Shown here one piece after another: positions 55,659 through 64,000 of a DNA stretch of 64,000 nucleotides (positions are counted from its first letter, which is position 1; each line of letters opens with the position of its first letter). The position numbers and the translations under genes are program-made. The notes below the pieces were generated by a model. That model ran no database searches, had not been told where the DNA came from, and worked only from the letters and a program-made list of their open reading frames with translations. Source of the stretch: an uncultured delta proteobacterium (GTDB lineage: Bacteria; Desulfobacterota; Desulfuromonadia; Geobacterales; DSM-12255); contig CAWBBV010000006.1 of the NCBI GenBank assembly GCA_963787125.1, positions 64,001 through 128,000 of the forward strand, given 5' to 3'.

Positions 55659-56372
55659 TTATTTAGTTATCCTTGAAAGAGCCATAAGCAATGAATACCC
55701 ACGGAAGAAAATCTTTTTAAAGAGGCTATTTCCGCTGCTATTTCCACCACTAGAAACATTTTTGTCATGTCTTCTGTAGAGTATTAGTGGCTCTTGGATT
55801 GTTTTAACTTTAAAGTACAGTTCACCTATGAGTGTTATCCATAAATCATGCGGGCAAAGGTCTCTATTTTTAGGAAAAGGTAGCAACTTTGAAAAAATTT
55901 CACGTCTAAAAGCCATACACGCTCCTAGATACCTTGATTTGTACAAGTTGTTCCAAAGCCCCTGCTTCCCCCCCCTCAAGGAAAAGAATGTTTCATATAA
56001 CACATTCAAGTTTTTGTCCACAAATTGAGCGTTACTGACTACAAGCTCAGCTCTATCCAAGAAGCTGAGCATTTTTTCAAGCTTTCCATCAAGCCAAACA
56101 TCGTCTTGATCAGAAAGAAATATTAAATCACCAGAGGCAAAACTTATAGCATTCTCAAAATTCCCGCTGTAGCCTTTTGCCTGCTTGTTTATTACAATTT
56201 TTATACGCTGATCATTTAACCCTTTGACAATTTCAAGCGTCTTATCCGATGAATAATCATCCGAAACAATCAGCTCATCATTTTGTGATAGCTGTTTAAG
56301 TATTGAAGCAATTTGTGCCTCAATATAGTCTTCTCCGTTATACGTCGCCATGCACACACTTATTTTTTGCAC
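55659..56372 (-). CDS. GT2 glycosyltransferase (rhamnosyltransferase-like)
   Basis: SVCMATYNG, SDD.S.D, FLSDQDD, PHDLW. Confidence 0.88.
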   Translation of the reverse strand: MQKISVCMATYNGEDYIEAQIASILKQLSQNDELIVSDDYSSDKTLEIVKGLNDQRIKIVINKQAKGYSGNFENAISFASGDLIFLSDQDDVWLDGKLEKMLSFLDRAELVVSNAQFVDKNLNVLYETFFSLRGGKQGLWNNLYKSRYLGACMAFRREIFSKLLPFPKNRDLCPHDLWITLIGELYFKVKTIQEPLILYRRHDKNVSSGGNSSGNSLFKKIFFRGYSLLMALSRITK

Positions 56373-56399
56373 TGAATATCCTCTGATGGTGAGCAGTTA

Positions 56400-57305
56400 T
56401 TATTTTATTAGTGGCCCCAATCGACCAATCAAGCCATGATAAAAACCCTTGATGCAATACACCATGTTTTTTGCTTTTTGAGGGCCTAAAAGGGTGAAGC
56501 CGATCATGTACCTTATAGATTTTAAAAAAATATTCCATCTCATACGAAATTCCAGATATTTTTTTGTTATGGCAATAAATATACCGTTTCTAACAATATA
56601 GTAATTTCTTTCAGGAGAATGGAGTGAGTACTTTTTACCGTTAACTTCTACAGCAGAATCACCCAACGTGTGAGTTATTATAACGTTATTACAACCAATA
56701 ATTCTATAACCTCTTGATTTTGCCCGCCAGCACCATTCAAAATCTACCCAGTCTATAAAGAGCTCTTCGTCCATCATCCCGATATCTGACAACAGACTAT
56801 TATTAATAATCATTCCAGACGCAATGACTTGTGAAACATCCTCAAACATTAACTTCGACACAGTTTTCGTCGAGTCAATCCCATCAAGGGAAAAAAAGCC
56901 CTCACTTTCTCCTCCTTTATTTGTTTCTTTAAAAACAGGTGCAATAGCTGCGATTTTCAATGTATCCACTATTGCATCATAGTTAGAAAGCATCTGTTTT
57001 ATATAGTCTTGAGGGTAAATAGTATCCTGATCACTCAGGAGGGTAAAATCTGCTTTATTTTCCGTTGCATTTCGTATCCCAATATTTTGCGCTTTCCCTA
57101 TGCCAGAATTCTTATAGAGTCGTACAAGTCTATATTTTTGAGCTTCGCCTGTTATATCGACTAAGAAATTATCAATGTCATCGTCCTCAGAATTATCAAT
57201 GACATATAACGTTCTAACCTGATCTTTGACGCTGGAAATTGCTTTTGTAAGCATTTCTCTATCTGGTTTGTATGTTACAAAAACAGCATCTATTTTGTAA
57301 TACAT
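56400..57305 (-). CDS. GT2 rhamnosyltransferase-like protein
   Basis: GIGKAQNIG, DQDT, IASG, LFIDWVDFEWCWR, YYIVRN. Confidence 0.88.
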   Translation of the reverse strand: MYYKIDAVFVTYKPDREMLTKAISSVKDQVRTLYVIDNSEDDDIDNFLVDITGEAQKYRLVRLYKNSGIGKAQNIGIRNATENKADFTLLSDQDTIYPQDYIKQMLSNYDAIVDTLKIAAIAPVFKETNKGGESEGFFSLDGIDSTKTVSKLMFEDVSQVIASGMIINNSLLSDIGMMDEELFIDWVDFEWCWRAKSRGYRIIGCNNVIITHTLGDSAVEVNGKKYSLHSPERNYYIVRNGIFIAITKKYLEFRMRWNIFLKSIRYMIGFTLLGPQKAKNMVYCIKGFYHGLIGRLGPLIK

Positions 57306-57316
57306 TTATATTGGCC

Positions 57317-58330
57317 TCAAAAATTAAAAAGACGATGTACAAATACGTTATTTAAAAAAAGCATGAGAACGTATGTAGAAATAGCTGCCATAATGAATAG
57401 CTTCTGTTTAAAGCAGCGTACTAGGGACGGAAATATAAAAATAATAATTACACTTAAAATTTCTGATACTCTGACGGCAATAGCAGGTAGAAATGACATA
57501 AAATAATATACAAATAAGACCCATCCAAGGAGCTTTATAAAAATTATGTCATATTTTGATTTATATTTATAAATGTTAAAAACAGAAAAGTAATAAATTA
57601 TAAGTAATCCCGTATAATAAATGCTGAATAAATTAATTCGATTACCAATATCCATCTCAAGTAATGCGATATATATTTGCACTTTATGACCTAAAAACTC
57701 TGGAAGAAATACAACCATGAAATTCAATGCTGAAAAAAGAGACTCTCTAAAAAACGCAAAAAAAAGACCGATTATTGGTAATGACAAATACAATCTATTG
57801 CTTATAGATTTGTGGTTTAGAAGATACGTAACAAAGATTACAATCACAGAATAATGAAACATCATGGCGAATACAGCTTTAAATAAAAAGGACTTACAGT
57901 TTCTTTCAACTATATCTGGTATAGCTAACAAGAAAATGGCACAAGCAACTCCTACTCGTATTTGCGTCATCGTATGTAGAGGAAAAAATAGGAACGTGAA
58001 ACAAAATACTGCGGTCAGGGGGTAAGACGTTAGTTTTTTGATGGCATAGACATTTATTGAAACGTTAAGGAGTGCGTAAATGACAAGAAGGGGTCGAACA
58101 CTGACATCGGATAATAATTTACTCAGATATGCAATTACCCAAAAGCTCGGTTCTCTAGCTAAAAAATCTGATCCAACAATATTAGTAAAACCGATATAAT
58201 CTTCCAAGTACTGTTGTGAATCCCTGTCAAAACCGATCGGTCTTAATCCAGCCATCAATACTAAGCAAAATGCACTCATCAGTAATACTGAGTATAGCGC
58301 TGTGTTATTCAATGATCGGATGTTATTCAT
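57317..58330 (-). CDS. wzy: EpsG-family polysaccharide polymerase (Wzy)
   Basis: About 10 TM segments, GLR.IG.D..QY, EP.F, QIR, FHYS; very AT-rich. Confidence 0.78.
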   Translation of the reverse strand: MNNIRSLNNTALYSVLLMSAFCLVLMAGLRPIGFDRDSQQYLEDYIGFTNIVGSDFLAREPSFWVIAYLSKLLSDVSVRPLLVIYALLNVSINVYAIKKLTSYPLTAVFCFTFLFFPLHTMTQIRVGVACAIFLLAIPDIVERNCKSFLFKAVFAMMFHYSVIVIFVTYLLNHKSISNRLYLSLPIIGLFFAFFRESLFSALNFMVVFLPEFLGHKVQIYIALLEMDIGNRINLFSIYYTGLLIIYYFSVFNIYKYKSKYDIIFIKLLGWVLFVYYFMSFLPAIAVRVSEILSVIIIFIFPSLVRCFKQKLFIMAAISTYVLMLFLNNVFVHRLFNF

Positions 58331-59426
58331 TCTTATAAGTCTGGCTTAGCACTGTTCTATTCATTATTTGCATCATTTTATTAGCCACTGTATACCACGA
58401 GAATTCTTGAACAATCTTCAATCCTAATGCCATTTTATTACGGCACACAGTCGGATCACTCAGTATTTGGAGTACACTATCTACTATTGATTGAACGTCT
58501 TTATTCTTTACAATCCATGCGGTCTCGTCTGTAGCACCCATGTAGCCAGTTGTAACAACTGCTGCACCAGTTGCTAAACCTTCTAAAACTGGGTAGTGTG
58601 GCGCACCATGTTGCACTGTACCAGCTGCTATCAGTATATCTACACTGCGATAATAATCTGCAAGTTCTTGATCGTTGTTAGGGACTATGATCTCACATCG
58701 TTCGTGGTGCCACCCCTCCGGTAAATTCCCGTAGGCAACACGTAAAAGATATCTCTTGTCCAGTTTGTATAGTTCCTCAAACGCACGTAAAGCATAGATT
58801 GTACCTTTCTCGGGCTCGTGCCGACCGATACAACCTATTACAATATTTGCCTCATTCGGAATATCTCTTTTAATTTCAAGAGGTTTAAAAATATTTAGAT
58901 TTAAACCAGGAGGAACAAAATCTGATGCTCGCAGATTCTTGTATCGAAAATAAATAGGAGCATTAACTATTTTCTTAATTGGCAATTGATATGAGAGGGC
59001 GGATAATATTGATAACAAATAATCCTTTATATTCCGCATATTTATATAATATTCCGGCTCATAGGCCTGTACATAATATGCTTTTCTTGCCTTTCCACAT
59101 GAGACCAGAGCCACTGGCCAAGCAGTAAGAGAATGATTTGCTAAAATCAGGTCATACTGATAACCAACAGACGTTAGGCCCAAAAAAAGAGTTTGCAGAT
59201 GGTAGCGCCCACTTGGGGTTGCCTTACTGGTACGCGTCTCAAACACTCTGCCTTTACCGTTAACCCATAATATTTTTGCTGTGGTTGGAAAGTATGGTTC
59301 GTCGCTACTATCTGGACATAGGAACACAACCTCGTGATCTCGCTTAGTCCACTCATTTGCAAGCTCTGAAAGCACTCGGCAACCACCAGCACGCGCAAAG
59401 TTGAGAATAGGAATTAATATCTTCAT
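58323..59426 (-). CDS. GT4 glycosyltransferase
   Basis: AGGCRV, IGR..EKG, PVLEGLATG. Confidence 0.82.
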   Translation of the reverse strand: MKILIPILNFARAGGCRVLSELANEWTKRDHEVVFLCPDSSDEPYFPTTAKILWVNGKGRVFETRTSKATPSGRYHLQTLFLGLTSVGYQYDLILANHSLTAWPVALVSCGKARKAYYVQAYEPEYYINMRNIKDYLLSILSALSYQLPIKKIVNAPIYFRYKNLRASDFVPPGLNLNIFKPLEIKRDIPNEANIVIGCIGRHEPEKGTIYALRAFEELYKLDKRYLLRVAYGNLPEGWHHERCEIIVPNNDQELADYYRSVDILIAAGTVQHGAPHYPVLEGLATGAAVVTTGYMGATDETAWIVKNKDVQSIVDSVLQILSDPTVCRNKMALGLKIVQEFSWYTVANKMMQIMNRTVLSQTYKNE

Positions 59427-59430
59427 TTAT

Positions 59431-60687
59431 TCATCTCCTACCGTCACGGCACTGTCTCCGTATTAAAAAAATCATTACTATCCAATAAATCAAATAATTA
59501 GCGAAATAAGCCATCAGTGCACCCTGAACTGCAAACTTATCTGTCAAAACAAATACCATAACGATCCAAGTTACTGAAAATAAAATCTCAGTAGCAATAA
59601 ATGTCCTCATCATTGCACGGCCAAGCATTACATAAGCTAATAACCAACTGCCGATTTTAACAACGTCACCTGCCAACTGCCAAGCAAACATTTTTTTCAT
59701 AGGGGCAAAATCAGCGGTAAACAGGGTAACAACAACCCAGTCACGAAACAGGTAAATAGTCCCTGCACCCAATACTGCTAGTGGTAATATAAATTTGTAA
59801 CCGTTAACTATTTCTAACTTTAGTTCACTGTTATCACGGATTTCAGAAAGTCGTGGCAGATAATAAATGCCCAGCGTTGAGGTAACCAACATTAAATACA
59901 TTTCGCTTATCTTTGTTACTGCCTGCCAGTGCCCTGCAGTAGTCCAGCCTAAAGTCGTAGCAATATGATTACGTACAATTATCTGGCTTGTCGGCCCAAC
60001 AGCAGCCGTTGTTAGAGCCATTAATACAAATTTCCCTAAATTGCGTGCAACAGCACGATCGAAACTTCCGATGAAATTTCGTAAGCGGAACCATTCTGAC
60101 TTCGAACATATAGCAAGTGTAACAATAAATACTAACGACTGGTTTATTGTGAGAGCGACCAGCGCCCCGTACAACCCCCAAAAACGCGCCAAAATTCCGG
60201 TGACAATGAGAGAAACCAAACTCCCGGTAATATTCACCGTCACATAACGGCGAATATCTTTTTTGCCGTTCATAATCGCTAATAACAGCGCATTGAATAC
60301 CAAGATCGAAAGTGTTGCTGCAAGCCAGATAAAGACTGATCCGTACGCTTCATCTTTGAGGAAAAGCACTGCTAGTGATTTGTGAAATAATGCAATAACT
60401 AATGCCGCAAGTAATGAACCGGCAGCAACAATTACTACAGCTGTACGCCAAACAGAATGCTGGCGTTCATCATCATCAAAATATTCAGCCGTATACTTCG
60501 TAACTCCCGTGTTAATACCGGCACTAGCAAATGTTGTAATCATACCAATTGCATTTTGAAACTGGCCAATAACCGCGTAACCAGCCGGACCAACATATAT
60601 TGCCAAGAGCTTGTTTAGGCCAAGGGCCGTGACAAGTTTGATAACAACAGCAATTCCGTTGAGCAGGCTTGTCTTAACAAGATTCAA
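59431..60687 (-). CDS. wzx: O-antigen flippase (WzxE-like)
   Basis: MNLVKTSLLNG, K.LA.YVGP.G..GQFQN, GVTKYTAE, QLAGD..KIGSW. Confidence 0.9.
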   Translation of the reverse strand: MNLVKTSLLNGIAVVIKLVTALGLNKLLAIYVGPAGYAVIGQFQNAIGMITTFASAGINTGVTKYTAEYFDDDERQHSVWRTAVVIVAAGSLLAALVIALFHKSLAVLFLKDEAYGSVFIWLAATLSILVFNALLLAIMNGKKDIRRYVTVNITGSLVSLIVTGILARFWGLYGALVALTINQSLVFIVTLAICSKSEWFRLRNFIGSFDRAVARNLGKFVLMALTTAAVGPTSQIIVRNHIATTLGWTTAGHWQAVTKISEMYLMLVTSTLGIYYLPRLSEIRDNSELKLEIVNGYKFILPLAVLGAGTIYLFRDWVVVTLFTADFAPMKKMFAWQLAGDVVKIGSWLLAYVMLGRAMMRTFIATEILFSVTWIVMVFVLTDKFAVQGALMAYFANYLIYWIVMIFLIRRQCRDGRR

Positions 60688-60689
60688 AG

Positions 60690-61790
60690 CTAAACCATCC
60701 GGCTTGCGGCTTCGATAACGATAGATACGTGGGCGGGAGACATTGATGGCCCCATCGGCAGGCTTAACACTTCGTTATGTACCTTTTCAGATATTGGGAA
60801 ACATCCTTCCCCATAATTAAGTTCAGAATAGGCCTCTTGCAGATGTGGAGGAATCGGATAATGAATCATTGTCCCTATCCCGGCATCAGCAAACTGCTTT
60901 TGCAGATCATTACGTTTTTTGGATCTGACAACAAACAGGTGCCAAACCGGATCAGCCCACTCCGGAACGAATGGTAGCACAAGGTTCGTATTTGACTTTA
61001 ATTGGTCAAGATACTGTGTTGCGATCTGCTTGCGCCGTTCGTTCCACTCATCCAGTTTTCTGAGCTTGACACTTAATATGGCTGCCTGAAGCTCGTCCAA
61101 GCGGGAGTTAAAGCCGACGACTTCGTTATGGTACTTTATCTGTGAACCGTAGTTGCGAAGCACTTTGAGACGCTCCGCTAATTCATCGTCATTGGTTGTA
61201 ACGGCACCGCCATCACCAATTGCTCCGAGATTCTTGCCTGGATAAAAGCTGAACCCGGCGGCATCGCCGAGACTTCCCGCTCTACGGCCTTTATACCGTG
61301 CCCCGTGGGACTGGGCACAATCCTCAATAACTTTAAGACCATGCTCCCTGGCAATCGTGTTGATCGGATCCATATCCGCTGTTTGCCCGTAAAGATGGAC
61401 AACCATGATCGCTTTTGTTTTTGGCGTGATGGCTTGTTCAATTCTCGCCGGATCAATATTGTAAGTTCGCTCATCCGGTTCTACAGGCACGGGTGTTGCA
61501 CCGGCATGCGTCACTGCCAGCCACGTGGCAATATAGGTATTGGAAGGGACAATAACTTCATCTCCCGGACCTATCCCGTATGCCCTGACAATCAGGTGGA
61601 GGGCGTCGAGTCCATTGGCAACTCCGATGCAGTGATTTGCTTCGCAATAAACAGCGAACTCATCTTCGAACGTTTCGACTTCCTTCCCGAGAATATACCA
61701 ACCAGACTCCATAACGCGGTGATAAGCAGCATCAAGTTCGTCTTTTAATTCTATATACGGTGACTTGAGATCAAGAAATGGTATTATCAT
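60690..61790 (-). CDS. DegT/DnrJ family dTDP-3-amino sugar aminotransferase (FdtB-like)
   Basis: [32 protein letters not shown]. Confidence 0.9.
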   Translation of the reverse strand: MIIPFLDLKSPYIELKDELDAAYHRVMESGWYILGKEVETFEDEFAVYCEANHCIGVANGLDALHLIVRAYGIGPGDEVIVPSNTYIATWLAVTHAGATPVPVEPDERTYNIDPARIEQAITPKTKAIMVVHLYGQTADMDPINTIAREHGLKVIEDCAQSHGARYKGRRAGSLGDAAGFSFYPGKNLGAIGDGGAVTTNDDELAERLKVLRNYGSQIKYHNEVVGFNSRLDELQAAILSVKLRKLDEWNERRKQIATQYLDQLKSNTNLVLPFVPEWADPVWHLFVVRSKKRNDLQKQFADAGIGTMIHYPIPPHLQEAYSELNYGEGCFPISEKVHNEVLSLPMGPSMSPAHVSIVIEAASRMV

Positions 61791-62725
61791 CTGGCAGTTA
61801 CCTGCGCGAGAAATTCATCGTAATTGCGAATATAATCATCGGCATTGTAAACGTCTGACGCAAGCACCATGAGGACAGCGTCAGCAGAATATTTGTATTG
61901 AACTCCCCATACCATCGGTGGAATATGCAGAGCAATTCCAGGCGAATTGAGAACGTACTCTTCACGGCAATTTCCATCGTCAACCATCACTGCACATGAT
62001 CCTTTAACACAAACTAAAAACTGGTTTAAATTCTTGTGAGCATGCTCGCCACGAACTTCTCGACTGGGGACGTCAAAGACTAGAAAAAACCGTTTTGGTT
62101 CAAAGGGAAGGTATTGACCGTATTCAGCAAAAGAAAGGCTACCACGCATATCTGGGATAAACGGTAATCGTATTAATTGTACACCCTTAATAGCCGATTG
62201 ACCTTCTGCGCCAAGTTTTTGTATTGATGACATTTCAGGTTGTTTCTGCATCGCTGCAGTTGTAGACACATAACCAGTTATACGCGCAGGGTTTCCAACA
62301 ACAATGGCATTTGGTGGAACATCTTTCGTAACAACAGCTCCTGCCCCAATCATCGCGTTTCTACCGATGATATTTCCTGCAAGAACGGTTGCGTTTGCAC
62401 CGATAGACGCTCCCTGCTGGATAACAGTTTGAGAAAATTTCTCAGGGTATTGCCTACTTCGTGGGAAAAGATCATTGGTAAACGTTGCATTAGGCCCGAT
62501 GAATACATCATCATCAATGCGCAAACCATCCCAAATTTGGACACCACATTTGATAGTCACTCTGTTACCAATGACTACATCATTTTCGATAAAAACATGA
62601 TCACAAATATTGCAATCTGCCCCAATAACGGCTCCAGGTAAAACATGTGAAAATGCCCAAACCCTTGTGCCGTCACCAATATTAAAAGTTTCTACGAGAG
62701 ATTGAGGATGCTTATAAAACGACAT
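61787..62725 (-). CDS. wxcM: WxcM-like bifunctional N-acetyltransferase / 3,4-ketoisomerase
   Basis: N-terminal hexapeptide repeats (FTNDLFPRS), C-terminal FdtA cupin (DMRGSL, RGEHAH). Confidence 0.85.
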   Translation of the reverse strand: MSFYKHPQSLVETFNIGDGTRVWAFSHVLPGAVIGADCNICDHVFIENDVVIGNRVTIKCGVQIWDGLRIDDDVFIGPNATFTNDLFPRSRQYPEKFSQTVIQQGASIGANATVLAGNIIGRNAMIGAGAVVTKDVPPNAIVVGNPARITGYVSTTAAMQKQPEMSSIQKLGAEGQSAIKGVQLIRLPFIPDMRGSLSFAEYGQYLPFEPKRFFLVFDVPSREVRGEHAHKNLNQFLVCVKGSCAVMVDDGNCREEYVLNSPGIALHIPPMVWGVQYKYSADAVLMVLASDVYNADDYIRNYDEFLAQVTAR

Positions 62726-62762
62726 GGCTGCTCCTTACAAATAACGTGCTTGACTGTTAAGA

Positions 62763-63305
62763 TTAAAAGCACTCAGCTTCAAACAATAATTTTCCAGCGA
62801 TATCCTTGGCTGCGAGAATTGGCATATTTTCTAATGGCCATTGTATCCGAATCGTCGGATCATTCCAAACTATGCTGCGTTCATACTCCGCGTACCAATA
62901 ATCAGTTGTTTTATAGAGAAATTCCGCACTATCTGATACCACGAGGAAACCATGGGCAAACCCTTCCGGCACCCACATCATTCGTTTATTCTCTGCAGAT
63001 AGCATCTCTCCTACCCACTTGCCAAACGTGGGGGACGATTTACGAATATCCACGGCAACATCGAACACCTCTCCGGAAACAACCCGCACCAACTTCCCCT
63101 GAGGATGCTGAATCTGGTAGTGCAGACCGCGCAGAACATTCTTGGCTGAGCGAGAGTGATTGTCCTGAACAAAGGTGCGTTTCAGTCCCGTAGCCTCTTC
63201 AAAGACGCGGTTGTTGAAACTCTCAAAAAAGAACCCGCGCTCATCGCCAAACACCTTAGGTTCAAAGAGAACCACATCTGGAATACTTAATTTTGTTGCC
63301 TTCAT
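62763..63305 (-). CDS. rfbC: dTDP-4-dehydrorhamnose 3,5-epimerase
   Basis: DERGFFFE, VQDNHS, LRGLH, DVAVDIR, GFAHGF. Confidence 0.95.
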   Translation of the reverse strand: MKATKLSIPDVVLFEPKVFGDERGFFFESFNNRVFEEATGLKRTFVQDNHSRSAKNVLRGLHYQIQHPQGKLVRVVSGEVFDVAVDIRKSSPTFGKWVGEMLSAENKRMMWVPEGFAHGFLVVSDSAEFLYKTTDYWYAEYERSIVWNDPTIRIQWPLENMPILAAKDIAGKLLFEAECF

Positions 63306-63446
63306 AACAGTAAACCTCTTGTAAATTTGACCAGCTTAATTTTTTTGAACAATGGGCGGCATTGATACTCGCCCGCACCCACCTTGATAATAAACACCTA
63401 ACCCTTTTCTGCACGTAACCAAATACATCCCGTACGAGCTCCGGAC

Positions 63447-64000
63447 CTAATACTCGCCCTGTTTTTCCTCAAGTCGTTGCAAAAGCCTGTCAAATGCAGC
63501 CTTGTAATCATCCAGCCTCATTAGAATACCTGACACCTCATCTTGGCTATAAATGTGGCTGGAAAGGTTTCGGCTCTCTATCATCTCAAGCCATATCTGC
63601 TCATCTGCAAGCAATCCCTGACTGAAAGCCTCTTTAAAGCATGCGCGAGGAGACGACGCGCTGATACCAATATAATCGAGATAACGCTTTATGGCTTTCC
63701 ATGACATTTCATAGGTGAACTCGAAACGCTTTACGGCAAGGTCAAGAAAAACATCCCCGAATCCCTGATCTTCAAGTGCGCATTTTGAGGAAATAGCCGC
63801 TAAGTAGCGTTCATAAGCTCGGCTGAAATTATAAAGTCCGTCTTCAAAACGAAGCTGCTTGCTAGAGCTATATAATACCCTGCCTGTAGTAATGACTCGT
63901 TGACGAAAACGCTCTTCTGCAAAAGCAATATTTTTCACATCAATCTTGATAAGGGTTGGCAGTTTTTCTACAGCCTCTTCCACCAACCAGATTTCCTTGA
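63447..64000 (-). CDS. Fused minimal nucleotidyltransferase (MNT)-HEPN (HI0074-like) protein, 5' end outside window
   Basis: Open to the window edge; MNT C-terminus (LPTLIKIDV...ITTGRVLY) followed by a HI0074-type domain (KRFEFTYEMSWK, SPR, RNLSSHIY). Confidence 0.75.
   Translation of the reverse strand, partial: KEIWLVEEAVEKLPTLIKIDVKNIAFAEERFRQRVITTGRVLYSSSKQLRFEDGLYNFSRAYERYLAAISSKCALEDQGFGDVFLDLAVKRFEFTYEMSWKAIKRYLDYIGISASSPRACFKEAFSQGLLADEQIWLEMIESRNLSSHIYSQDEVSGILMRLDDYKAAFDRLLQRLEEKQGEY

Noticed and set aside
63306..63446. JUMPstart/ops element upstream of rmlC
   Set aside because: No GGCGGTAG match on the coding strand; only a weak GC hairpin

Overview
Bacterial chromosomal window, probably from a Geobacteraceae/Desulfuromonadales-like deltaproteobacterium (inferred from the NuoBCD-fused complex I operon and overall gene content). 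It has four blocks. (1) 1-24.4 kb is an accessory island. A PAS/GAF sigma-54 activator sits between ABM-DUF3300-DUF2950 and a divergent vWA/double-OmpA gene. These are followed by DUF4105 + lipase-like lipoprotein, DUF3313, a GH13/2xMGH1(GH63-like)/glucokinase carbohydrate module, an AI-2E transporter, exported proteins and a fatty-acid cis/trans isomerase. (2) 24.4-25.5 kb is a scar containing a cas1 5' stub, an RHH/RelE toxin-antitoxin pair and a headless ORF. (3) 25.5-42.3 kb holds nuoA-BCD-E-F-G-H-I-J-K-L-M-N and cydDC. (4) 42.3-64 kb is a lower-GC Wzx/Wzy surface-polysaccharide locus (rmlC, wxcM, fdtB, wzx, wzy, glycosyltransferases, capD-like). It also contains a secreted tailspike-like beta-helix gene split by an intact IS630, an orphan nucleotidyltransferase, a sugar-transferase relic, a MITE-like element and a fused MNT-HEPN gene. 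The best candidates for undescribed biology are a self-contained sigma-54 circuit (paired enhancer motifs plus two -12 'GG' variant promoters) driving uncharacterised envelope proteins, and a signal-peptide-bearing tailspike-like protein inside the polysaccharide locus. No CRISPR array, rRNA or tRNA was seen. All family calls are from motif recognition by eye, not database searches.
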